This document shows positions 24,513 to 32,000 of a stretch of DNA of 32,000 bases, piece after piece. Both the position numbers and the translations under genes were made by a program. Under the pieces are notes generated by a model. That model worked only from the letters and a program-made list of their open reading frames with translations, was not told the DNA's origin and made no database searches. Each line of letters opens with the position of its first letter. Position 1 is the stretch's first letter. The stretch is from Opitutales bacterium (GTDB lineage: Bacteria; Verrucomicrobiota; Verrucomicrobiia; Opitutales; PNEW01), in NCBI GenBank assembly GCA_965219535.1, contig CBDCNV010000001.1, forward strand, positions 60,001 through 92,000. Reading direction: 5' to 3'.

Positions 24513-26801
24513 TTACTCAATCGTTACCTCATCAACCTCGACCGTAATGTCATCACCATCTTCATTAACGAATGTCGCATTAATACTGCGCGTGGGCTGA
24601 GGGGTATTGTCCGATTTAAAATTATTCTGCGTGATCAGCTGATCGAATCCACTCGTTGTCGATCCGCTCTCCGCGACTACGATTGAGGTAAAATTTGTTT
24701 GCGCTAAGTCTCCTCCAGTTATGCGTAAACCTGGATTCGCTGCTGGCACAGTGAATGATCCTTGCCCGAACAATAAATAAGGAACTGCAAGTCCACTAGC
24801 ATCAATATCACCAACTGTTAAACGCACTGCGATGGGTATCCCTCGGGCATCAATTCCAACTTTACCTACACTTCCCGAAAAAACTGCGTTTGATAATTGC
24901 ATCCCTCCAAAACCTGTTGAGTTGATTACCTCCATAAGTTTTACGTCCGCTTCAGCATCATAGACCTGCCCTTCGGGAAAGAGCGCCTGGTTTACCGCGT
25001 TGATCCTTCCCACCGTGAAGATACTTAAGAAGGTACTCGAATCCGCTCCGTCGATGACCATGCTCGGTTTGCCGGTCACGTACTCAACCTGCTGGTTGTA
25101 GCGCGGGGGTAATGCTGCGGGCTGGAAGGTAGCCGGGTCCAGAGTCACGGTTAAGGTCCCTGCACCTGAGATTTCTACTTGCACGATGTCCTCGTCTTCG
25201 TCCATGAAGGAAACTCTTGTGATTTGTCCCGGCTTGGCCTGAAGCTTGATGCTCTCTCCGGTGAGCAGAATCTGGTCGAAGACGTTTCCGTTGGGATGCT
25301 GGATGTTCTCTCCGGCGATATCACCCGTGCCATTGAGGACAAGGGGGACAGATGGAGCAGCCACGGTGACAACCGCGGTTTCACTGTCCGCTGTCCCACC
25401 GGCGTTTGTAATCTGTACCCAGAAGTTGGTGCTCGCGGTGAGAGCACCAGTAGTAAGGGTCGTGCCGATAGCCCCGGCGACGGGGTTGGCGGTGTCACCG
25501 CTGTTGCCGGTATACCACTGGTAGGTTAGATCATCTCCACTCGACTCGACGCTTAATGTTACCGGGTGACCCGTTGCTACTGACTGACTTACCGGTTGCG
25601 TCGTGATCTCAGGGGCTGGGACTGCCGGGGTCGTTGGAGTCGCAGTCGACCCCGTACCAGGTGCTCCAATCGGGGTGAAACCAAAATCATCGATACCGTT
25701 ACGGGTATAAATATTAGCGTTCACATCTTCTTCATCACTATAAATAATCTTCCCAATGCCTCCGGGTGCTCCCAATTCATCTGCGTTAAAGGTAAGAAAA
25801 GCAGGTTTATATAGTGGATCAACAGTCGACTCTAAATTTGTTACTGTCACGAGCAGGTTATCATTAGTATCGAAGACTTCAACTGTGCAATCGATATCTG
25901 TCTGATCCCTTATAGGTTGACAATTTGCATAAAAATCCACCTCGTAAGCCGGAGTTTCAAAGGTGATTGTGAATTCCCCCCCTCCAGCCTCTACAATAAA
26001 AGATTGGTTAAAAGAATGGTTTGATGGGCCGGATGCTTGAGCTAATTGGGCACTATGTGGGCCGCCGCCACTAGACCTAATACCACCTCCAGTACCACCA
26101 GTACTGGTAAAAGTAGCGGTGTAGGGAGAAGTCCCAATAGAAAAAGGTTCCAGTCTACCATCACCTACCCCAAATCCTTCATCCGACTCAAAGCGGGTAT
26201 AGACCGTATTATTGACAGGCTTATCGGTGGGTGTGTAGCCAAGATCATCAATGGACAATTTACCTGTAACATTGAAAATCTTTACTTCTTTTATACCTTC
26301 AATGAATTCCAGATCAGTTCCATCAAGAAAATTGCCACTGTCAGCAATAAAGCTTTGTAAGGCCGAGTTGGTGTTAGCCGGTAGTCCGGTAACTTCGCCA
26401 TGATCTCCTATCACGGTTATAACTTCACCAAATCCGCCGGCGGCTTCTCCCTCGCTGTTTTTATCTCCTTTGACCTCGATTTTGCCACCCCCTGTTGATT
26501 CGGCCGCGTAAAATTCTAAGGTATGAATCCCGCGGGGGCTTATTATTTTTCCCTCCTGACCAGGCCCAAGTGTTAACGCTTTCGTTCCGGAGTGTAAGAG
26601 CGCAGGATCATCGAGAGTTTCTACCGTGAATCCGACTAACTTGACCCGGTTGGGTTCTTCCCCAATGAAAAATTCACCTTCGCCGCTTATGTCCTCAAAG
26701 TCGGTGAATACCTCCAGGTCTTGTGGTAGGGCTGACAGGTGCGCCGATAAATAGAACAAGAGAATCAGAATCGGAATTATATTTATAGGTTTTCTTTTCA
26801 G
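24513..26801 (-). CDS. Large secreted Ig-like-domain protein (full-length family member), probable CTG start
   Basis: The 748-aa ORF-track product starts at TTG 26759. The frame is open 14 codons further upstream and encodes a textbook signal peptide (L/M)KRKPINIIPILILLFYLSAHLSA from CTG 26801..26799. Ig-like TTQP..LTYQWY domain. The C-terminal 440 aa are paralogous to 3..1337. Confidence 0.8.
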   Translation of the reverse strand: MKRKPINIIPILILLFYLSAHLSALPQDLEVFTDFEDISGEGEFFIGEEPNRVKLVGFTVETLDDPALLHSGTKALTLGPGQEGKIISPRGIHTLEFYAAESTGGGKIEVKGDKNSEGEAAGGFGEVITVIGDHGEVTGLPANTNSALQSFIADSGNFLDGTDLEFIEGIKEVKIFNVTGKLSIDDLGYTPTDKPVNNTVYTRFESDEGFGVGDGRLEPFSIGTSPYTATFTSTGGTGGGIRSSGGGPHSAQLAQASGPSNHSFNQSFIVEAGGGEFTITFETPAYEVDFYANCQPIRDQTDIDCTVEVFDTNDNLLVTVTNLESTVDPLYKPAFLTFNADELGAPGGIGKIIYSDEEDVNANIYTRNGIDDFGFTPIGAPGTGSTATPTTPAVPAPEITTQPVSQSVATGHPVTLSVESSGDDLTYQWYTGNSGDTANPVAGAIGTTLTTGALTASTNFWVQITNAGGTADSETAVVTVAAPSVPLVLNGTGDIAGENIQHPNGNVFDQILLTGESIKLQAKPGQITRVSFMDEDEDIVQVEISGAGTLTVTLDPATFQPAALPPRYNQQVEYVTGKPSMVIDGADSSTFLSIFTVGRINAVNQALFPEGQVYDAEADVKLMEVINSTGFGGMQLSNAVFSGSVGKVGIDARGIPIAVRLTVGDIDASGLAVPYLLFGQGSFTVPAANPGLRITGGDLAQTNFTSIVVAESGSTTSGFDQLITQNNFKSDNTPQPTRSINATFVNEDGDDITVEVDEVTIE

Positions 26802-26971
26802 ACTGTTATAACGATTTAAGTGATACTAAATATTGCAGCGAGTTGTATGCGTTTCAGGAGCATTTCTTTGCCATGTTGGTTGATAATAATTTAATCTAGA
26901 AATTGGCAATAGACGAGGGCGATAGGCGATATTATTTATGCCGTTAGATATAATATAGCTTAGTCTATATC

Positions 26972-27365
26972 ATGAAAGTATACGTAGCCGAAGATGATGA
27001 TATTTTGCGTGAGATGCTATCTCGCACTTAACGGGATTCTGCCCAGGACTGGAAGTCGTCGGGGCCAACGATAACAGCCAGGTAGCATTATCAGAGTTCA
27101 CAGAACTCATACCAGACCTAATCATCTTAGACATTAGCTTACCTGAATTAGGTGGATTAGAAATATTGTATCTTATAAAAGAGAAATACCCTCAGATAAA
27201 GATACTGATATATTCAGGACTAGTAGATCAGCAGTCCATAAATAACGCCAAGTGCGGTAAAGCAGATGGTTACATTGTGAAGAATTATGGCCTGGAGGAA
27301 ATTGCTAAGCGATAAAGGCAATTGAAGCAGGTGGCACTTACTTTAGTGCCGAGAAAGTAAGCTAA
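26972..27365 (+). pseudogene. Response-regulator receiver domain (NarL/FixJ-like), at least two frameshifts, output domain missing
   Basis: MKVYVAEDDDILREMLSR (frame a, stop at ~27029); ..GLEVVGANDNSQVALSEFTELIPDLIILDISLPELGGLEILYLIKEKYPQIKILIYSG..KADGYIVKNYGLEEIAKR* (frame b); AIKAIEAGGTYFSAEKVS* (frame c). No ORF of 60 aa or more appears in the track. Confidence 0.75.
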
Positions 27366-27400
27366 TTATCTGGTTGTGAGCTTTTGATATCTTGTCGAGA

Positions 27401-27622
27401 TTACTCAATCGTTACCTCATCAACCTCGACCGTAATGTCATCACCATCTTCGTTTGCGAAGGTAGCATTGATGCTCCTTGTGGGCTGAGGGGTATTGCCG
27501 GATTTAAAGTTGTTCTGGGTGATCAGTCGATCGAAGCCACGAGTTGTTGATCCACTCTCAGCCACTACTATCGAGGACCCATTCGTCTGCTCCAGGTCGC
27601 CTCCAGTGATCCTTAATCCAAG
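27401..27622 (-). pseudogene. C-terminal ~73-codon fragment of a third member of the Ig-like protein family
   Basis: rc reads ..LGLRITGGDLEQTNGSSIVVAESGSTTRGFDRLITQNNFKSGNTPQPTRSINATFANEDGDDITVEVDEVTIE*. The first ~52 nt from the stop (27399-27450) match 24511-24562. Confidence 0.85.
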
Positions 27623-27649
27623 GTTACCGGGTGTTAATGGTTTTAGGAT
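27623..27649 (-). mobile_element. 27-nt internal fragment of the IS right-end region, fused to the paralog fragment
   Basis: GTTACCGGGTGTTAATGGTTTTAGGAT is identical to the IS (e.g. 3484-3510 region). Confidence 0.75.
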
Positions 27650-27677
27650 CGTTGGTATAAATGGTCACGACCAGACT

Positions 27678-28595
27678 CTATTCGTCAGCCGGGGTATCTC
27701 GAAAGGGATCAGAAAATGCTTTTACGGTTTGTAAGGTCGAATCGTCCGGGATTAGCGTGCCCTGGGCGATCTCTGTAAATCTCCACTTATGCAGCCAATC
27801 TATCCACCGCTGCCGCCTGGGATTCTGCTCAGGATTATCCAGCCATTCAAGCGGGTATTCCGGAGACGGAGAATCAAAAGTTTTTTCGGCTATCGATGTC
27901 CTGATTTCATTAGTGATATGCAAATATTCCGTTAGAGCCCTTCCTTCTTCTGCGTTCTTTGGATTTCCAGAATAAACGATGGAAAACGTGCGCCGATCCG
28001 TCGATCCGCCACAACTGGCATGCCATACATGGGAATTAAAGATAAATCCATCACCCGGTTCTACGTCGCAAATATAGGCTGGTCCTTCTTTAATACGTTC
28101 TGTTCCAAGGCGGTTCTCTGCATCATCATAACCCGTGAGACCGTCATACTTTGCTATTTCTTTATGAAAAGCTTTCTTATGGGATCCGGGAATCACCCTC
28201 AAAGCGCCGCTATCCCCATCAACCGGTTGGAGGTAGAAGAGGAATTTTAGATCGTGCATATGAAAATTATAATCATCGGCATGCCAGGCAGTATCATTGA
28301 CGTAGCTGATCGAGTTGCAGGATATTCCAACGCAGTCTTCCCCCATTATCTGTTCTGCGATGCTTACAATGCGCGGGTCTTCGATCAAGGTGGCGAGAAG
28401 GGGCGTCTGCGCACCCAAGTTGGTCCAGCTTATAACATGGGGAGGCGTGTCTTCAGGTTCTGTGTAGCGCCGGGTGGTTTCCAGCTTAGACTTGAATTCC
28501 TCCTTGAAGGTTTCAATTTCACCCGGGCTGAATAATCCTCGCAGGGGAAGGAAACCGAAAGTATTGAAGTACGTGAGTTGATGCGCGGTAAGCAT
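27678..28595 (-). CDS. Phytanoyl-CoA dioxygenase (PhyH) family Fe(II)/2-oxoglutarate oxygenase
   Basis: N-terminal FNTFGFLPLRGLF; HxD in TAWHADDY; distal His in GFIFNSHVWHAS. Confidence 0.8.
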   Translation of the reverse strand: MLTAHQLTYFNTFGFLPLRGLFSPGEIETFKEEFKSKLETTRRYTEPEDTPPHVISWTNLGAQTPLLATLIEDPRIVSIAEQIMGEDCVGISCNSISYVNDTAWHADDYNFHMHDLKFLFYLQPVDGDSGALRVIPGSHKKAFHKEIAKYDGLTGYDDAENRLGTERIKEGPAYICDVEPGDGFIFNSHVWHASCGGSTDRRTFSIVYSGNPKNAEEGRALTEYLHITNEIRTSIAEKTFDSPSPEYPLEWLDNPEQNPRRQRWIDWLHKWRFTEIAQGTLIPDDSTLQTVKAFSDPFRDTPADE

Positions 28596-28833
28596 TTTTT
28601 ACTTTAATTCACTGTTAATTATACCATATTTCGCAATTTATAAAGGGAAAGTCTATTAATTGATATTCCCCATATCAAAACCATAAGGCTAATAACTCCC
28701 AATAATATTGCAACGAATTTCAATTTAAAGCCACACCGGCTAAGACTGATACGCAGAAAATTCTGGAAGCCCATCGCAAGTCCCAAGAGTCAGAAACTGC
28801 CGACCAGGGTGTTCACTGAATTATAATCATGGA

Positions 28834-28845
28834 GGGGTCACTCCA
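28834..28845 (-). repeat. Orphan 12-nt copy of the IS left terminus (GGGGTCACTCCA = rc of TGGAGTGACCCC)
   Basis: Lies 3 nt from the stop codon of the PhyH gene at 28849. Adjacent sequence shows only faint IR-like similarity. Confidence 0.5.
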
Positions 28846-28848
28846 CAG

Positions 28849-29709
28849 CTAATTCGATGGTAGATCGATGGCCCCTTTTTCCTGAAGCCAGTTAATCCAC
28901 TGTTGTCGTTTCGGGCTTTTCTCAGGATTTGCTAACCAGTGAGGGTGATACTGCGGATCGTCAGGTTCGTTTCTGATTCTTATATTTCTATTCGCTTCCA
29001 GCATCTTTTGCATCGACTTTTTTTCTTCCGTAGTCCTGGGATTTCCTTGGAAGGTGCAGCCGACAACCCGGCGGTCTTTTGATCCTTTCCATGTGGCATG
29101 CCAAAGTCTTCCGTGAAAGAGAATGACATCGCCCGGTTCTGATTTACACACATGGGCGGGAATATCATTTAATCCCAGACCGGATTTTTTCAAATAGGAA
29201 TTATCCGACTCCGGTCCTTCATTGGATCCTTTCAACCCGATCCTGTGGAGTTCATCGTGAAAAGGGCTTAAGTGAGAACCGGGGATAACACGCAGCGCTC
29301 CGCTGTTTTCATCTAGTGGCTGCAAATATAAATGAAATTTAGCTGATCGACAATTAGGATCATCGGTATCTGGATGCCAGGGAGTGCGGTCACCCGAGAA
29401 GTGATTGGCCGTTGAAAACAAAGCGACTGCATCCTCGGCCAGGAGTTGCTCAGCTGTATCGCATATTCGTGGATCTTCTGGTAATTTTGCGAGGTAAGGA
29501 GTTTCAGGACCCAGGTTAGACCAATTTAATTGTCCGCGTGCGCCTCGTGGTTTGTTATCTTTTTCTAATTTAATCTTAAGGCCTATTTCATATTCATCGT
29601 TAATTATATTAAGTTCATCAGAGCCGAACGCACCTCGTAGAAGAAGAAATCCAAAGGTTTTAAAATGTTCTATCTGTTGCTCTGTCAAAATTTTCTTTTC
29701 CTTTATCAT
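28849..29709 (-). CDS. PhyH-family Fe(II)/2-oxoglutarate oxygenase, paralog of 27678..28595
   Basis: MIKEKKILTEQQIEHFKTFGFLLLRGAF from ATG 29709 (the ORF track extends to 29790). TPWHPDTD; GDVILFHGRLWHAT. Shares the C-terminal WL.NPE..P.RQ.WI.WL tail. Confidence 0.8.
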   Translation of the reverse strand: MIKEKKILTEQQIEHFKTFGFLLLRGAFGSDELNIINDEYEIGLKIKLEKDNKPRGARGQLNWSNLGPETPYLAKLPEDPRICDTAEQLLAEDAVALFSTANHFSGDRTPWHPDTDDPNCRSAKFHLYLQPLDENSGALRVIPGSHLSPFHDELHRIGLKGSNEGPESDNSYLKKSGLGLNDIPAHVCKSEPGDVILFHGRLWHATWKGSKDRRVVGCTFQGNPRTTEEKKSMQKMLEANRNIRIRNEPDDPQYHPHWLANPEKSPKRQQWINWLQEKGAIDLPSN

Positions 29710-29839
29710 CAATAGATAAGTTAGAAATAGGTGCCTTCTTAGTCGAGTACTTTCTATAATGAAGAGTCTGGCCACTGCACTCGCCAACACTCACCACTGA
29801 CTGTGAGTACGAACGGCTTTGCGTGGGGAAGTGGCTTTC

Positions 29840-29863
29840 GCCACAATGCTGGGCCATTGTGGC
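29840..29863. other. Perfect 9-bp-stem hairpin GCCACAATG-ctgggc-CATTGTGGC in a divergent intergenic region
   Basis: Read directly from the sequence. Function unknown. Confidence 0.7.
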
Positions 29864-29965
29864 AGAGGGCGCTAACGCCGACTGTCAGACTAGCTACATG
29901 ACCGACTAAGATAACAAGAATATCGCGACATCTCGCTGAGGCAGGCGTCAGTTTCTGACATTGAC

Positions 29966-30412
29966 TTGACCTTCGCGATTAAGAAGTCAGCCGGTGGTCA
30001 GTACATACAAGACTTATTCGGGTGGGATGAACAGCTCCAGCTCGGGCGTCACAAAGACCGTTTCTCCCAAGAGAACACGAACCTCATTGTGCAAAACGAT
30101 ACTGTAGTTGGATGGATTTCCGTGTTAGATCACGGGGATCACACCAAGATTGACGAGTTGTACGTGCTCCCCGAGTTTCAACGCAAGGGAATCGGAACAG
30201 CTGTGCTTCAGGAGGTGATCAATCACGTCAAGCTACTCAATGTTCCGTTGCGCCTTAGGGTTTTAGGTATCAATCGTGACGGCATCCGCTTGTACGAAAG
30301 ACTCGGATTTGCAAAACAGCATGAAGACGGGCCGTTTCTGTACATGGAACTGAATCTTCTTAAAAAAGAAACGACAGAACCATGGCAAAAGGGGTCAGGC
30401 TCTGCATTCTGA
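29966..30412 (+). CDS. GNAT-family N-acetyltransferase; last ~8 codons encoded by the left REP-like repeat
   Basis: Motif A VLPEFQRKGIGTAVLQEVI; ..LYERLGF. TTG start is uncertain. The tail ..QKGSGSAF* lies in 30387..30412. Confidence 0.75.
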   Translation: MTFAIKKSAGGQYIQDLFGWDEQLQLGRHKDRFSQENTNLIVQNDTVVGWISVLDHGDHTKIDELYVLPEFQRKGIGTAVLQEVINHVKLLNVPLRLRVLGINRDGIRLYERLGFAKQHEDGPFLYMELNLLKKETTEPWQKGSGSAF

Positions 30413-30414
30413 CA
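30387..30414. repeat. Left 28-bp REP-like inverted repeat (AAAAGGGGTCAGGCTCTGCATTCTGACA)
   Basis: 26/28 match to the reverse complement of 31411..31438. Contains a GTCAG(N10)CTGAC hairpin. Confidence 0.85.
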
Positions 30415-31378
30415 GTATAGAGATAAGAACCTTATCTTTTCTTATATCTCCCATTTTAAGAGTCTTAATGGAGCGAGAGATGCTATCGGGGTGACCCATG
30501 TTCAGTTGTTTACTAATCCATGGATTGGAGGCATTGCTTTTGCGTTTTAAAATCATGGCAATGACAACTTTCCACGGTGCAGATTTTTTATCATTGGCAA
30601 TCTCCTTAGTTCCCTTAGCAAGTCTGTTGAGGTAATTTTTAAGTAATACTTCTGCAGATAGACCATTAATATCACCAACCGCTTTGGCTCCCGGTATTTT
30701 ATATTTTAATTCTTTATTAAATTGTTTAAAGAGCTGTTTTTTGAAAGACCTGCTACCGATAACCCAACCTTTACACATTTTGGAAAACTGTAACTCCTTT
30801 TGGGCCTGTTCATTCATTGACAGCCATAGGAGATATTGCTCATAACTTTTGTGCCCTGAAGGGGTGTCTTTTAAGCCTCCTATCTCTGACAACCAGCTTT
30901 CAAATTGACAAAAGGGTGGTCGCTTTCTCTTCCTGAACAATAAGGGATAACTTGACCAACGATACATTCTTAGTTCATCGACAGACACGATGCCAGCACG
31001 TACCGGATTTAAGTGAATATAGTTAACCAGTGCAGCTAAACCTGGCCCTGGCTCAACAAGCAGAGCATAATAACGACCCTGAAAGAGATGACCACTAACT
31101 TTACGATAACGATTAAACTTATTAGCAAATGTGGATTGGAGCCAGTGCATGCCGAAGATTAGATTTGCGTTGGGCGTTTCTATAGCCAGATGAAAGTGGT
31201 TTCTCATAAGGCAGTAGGCATGTAAAACCCAGTGGCTTTTTTCTGCTCCTAAATATAGACAGTTAAGAAATGTCTGTGCAGCTCCCGCACTTTTAAAAAT
31301 ATCCTGACGATAGTTACCGCGGTTTATGATATGATATATCGCTCCTTCAAACTCGTAGCGTGGGAGTCGTGCCATCAT
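30395..31378 (-). CDS. REP-associated tyrosine transposase-like protein (RayT / IS200-like Y1 HUH fold) with C-terminal DnaA-domain-IV-like HTH
   Basis: YHIINRGN; HUH motif in MRNHFHLAIE; catalytic-Tyr region LVNYIHLNPVRAGIV. C-terminal ..KVVIAMILKRKSNASNPWISKQLNMGHPDSISRSIK resembles a DnaA-C HTH. Confidence 0.8.
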   Translation of the reverse strand: MMARLPRYEFEGAIYHIINRGNYRQDIFKSAGAAQTFLNCLYLGAEKSHWVLHAYCLMRNHFHLAIETPNANLIFGMHWLQSTFANKFNRYRKVSGHLFQGRYYALLVEPGPGLAALVNYIHLNPVRAGIVSVDELRMYRWSSYPLLFRKRKRPPFCQFESWLSEIGGLKDTPSGHKSYEQYLLWLSMNEQAQKELQFSKMCKGWVIGSRSFKKQLFKQFNKELKYKIPGAKAVGDINGLSAEVLLKNYLNRLAKGTKEIANDKKSAPWKVVIAMILKRKSNASNPWISKQLNMGHPDSISRSIKTLKMGDIRKDKVLISILSECRA

Positions 31379-31410
31379 ATAAATATACGGCTTACCTTAT
31401 ATCATATTAA

Positions 31411-31438
31411 TGTCAGAACGCAGGGCCTGACCCCTTTT
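31411..31438. repeat. Right 28-bp REP-like inverted repeat (TGTCAGAACGCAGGGCCTGACCCCTTTT)
   Basis: Reverse complement AAAAGGGGTCAGGCCCTGCGTTCTGACA versus the left repeat gives 2 mismatches. Confidence 0.85.
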
Positions 31439-31461
31439 CTAATCAATTTAATTTTCGCTCT

Positions 31462-32000
31462 TCAGTTGTTTGCAGCGACCTTTTCTGTTTTATATAAAAC
31501 TATTCCCTTTTCATCGTAAAAAGTGATACGCGCTAAGGGCTGCTGCTTCCCTTTTCCCGATTTCACCGTTAAGATTAAGAAACCACCCGTGGGTTCTTCA
31601 TTGTGATAGGGTTGTTTGATTTTACCTTCGGGATCGGAGGAATTTGGATCGCCAGGGAGATAACCCATGGTCGCATTGGCGCCAACCAATGCGCCACAGG
31701 AGAATTCTTCAAACCCTGAAGGATGGATGGCGTGATATTGCCAGTGCCGATCTCCACAGATAAGGTAAAAGTTTTTATCGCGAAAGCCGTTCTCGGTAAG
31801 CCATCGGAAAAAAGCTTCTCCCTCATAGCGAAATCCACCGGGATTAACATGGCTATCGCGTTTCTCATCGCCGGCACCGGGACCGATCATTGGCGTGGCA
31901 GAGAGGAGGAATTTAAATACGGTATCGCTTTGTAACAGTGTTTCTTTAAGCCAATTCTTTTGTTTTAATCCCCAAATGCTTTTATTTGGGCCATCCGGCC
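31462..32000 (-). CDS. PhoD-like alkaline phosphatase / metallophosphoesterase, C-terminal part (5' end outside window)
   Basis: The frame is open to the window edge (..PDGPNKSIWGLKQKNWLKETLLQSDTVFKFLLSATPMIGPG..). LICGDRHWQYH metallophosphatase motif. Confidence 0.7.
   Translation of the reverse strand, partial: PDGPNKSIWGLKQKNWLKETLLQSDTVFKFLLSATPMIGPGAGDEKRDSHVNPGGFRYEGEAFFRWLTENGFRDKNFYLICGDRHWQYHAIHPSGFEEFSCGALVGANATMGYLPGDPNSSDPEGKIKQPYHNEEPTGGFLILTVKSGKGKQQPLARITFYDEKGIVLYKTEKVAANN

Overview
IS-riddled accessory region of a bacterial chromosome. The gene content (FGE-type sulfatase maturase, BNR/Asp-box protein, PhoD-like phosphatase, RayT-like transposase with a DnaA-C-like tail, Ig-like 'LTYQWY' surface proteins) suggests a marine PVC-type organism; this is inference only. 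Mobile DNA: three full-length copies and one truncated copy of a 1345-bp IS3-family element; several diverged or orphan fragments of that element; a second, apparently intact IS3/IS407-like element; a decayed third IS3-family element; a frameshifted IS1595-family transposase; a tyrosine integrase abutting the 3' half of tRNA-Phe(GAA); a second integrase relic; and a RayT-like Y1 transposase bracketed by 28-bp inverted REP-like repeats. Cargo: LOG-family hydrolase, FGE-family enzyme, MsrQ-like membrane protein, two GNATs, a SAM methyltransferase, a DUF481-like outer-membrane protein, a 2H-phosphoesterase-like protein, two tandem PhyH-family dioxygenases, and three members of a large secreted Ig-like protein family. 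Many genes are broken: DNA methyltransferase cut by IS; alpha/beta hydrolase frameshifted; TPR protein with in-frame stop; response regulator frameshifted. Most unusual: every copy of the amplified IS carries the same two in-frame TGA codons, one in orfA and one in orfB, each inside a frame-preserving insert. No IS copy has a target-site duplication. No CRISPR array, rRNA or complete tRNA was seen. No intact defence system or other multi-gene novel system could be supported.
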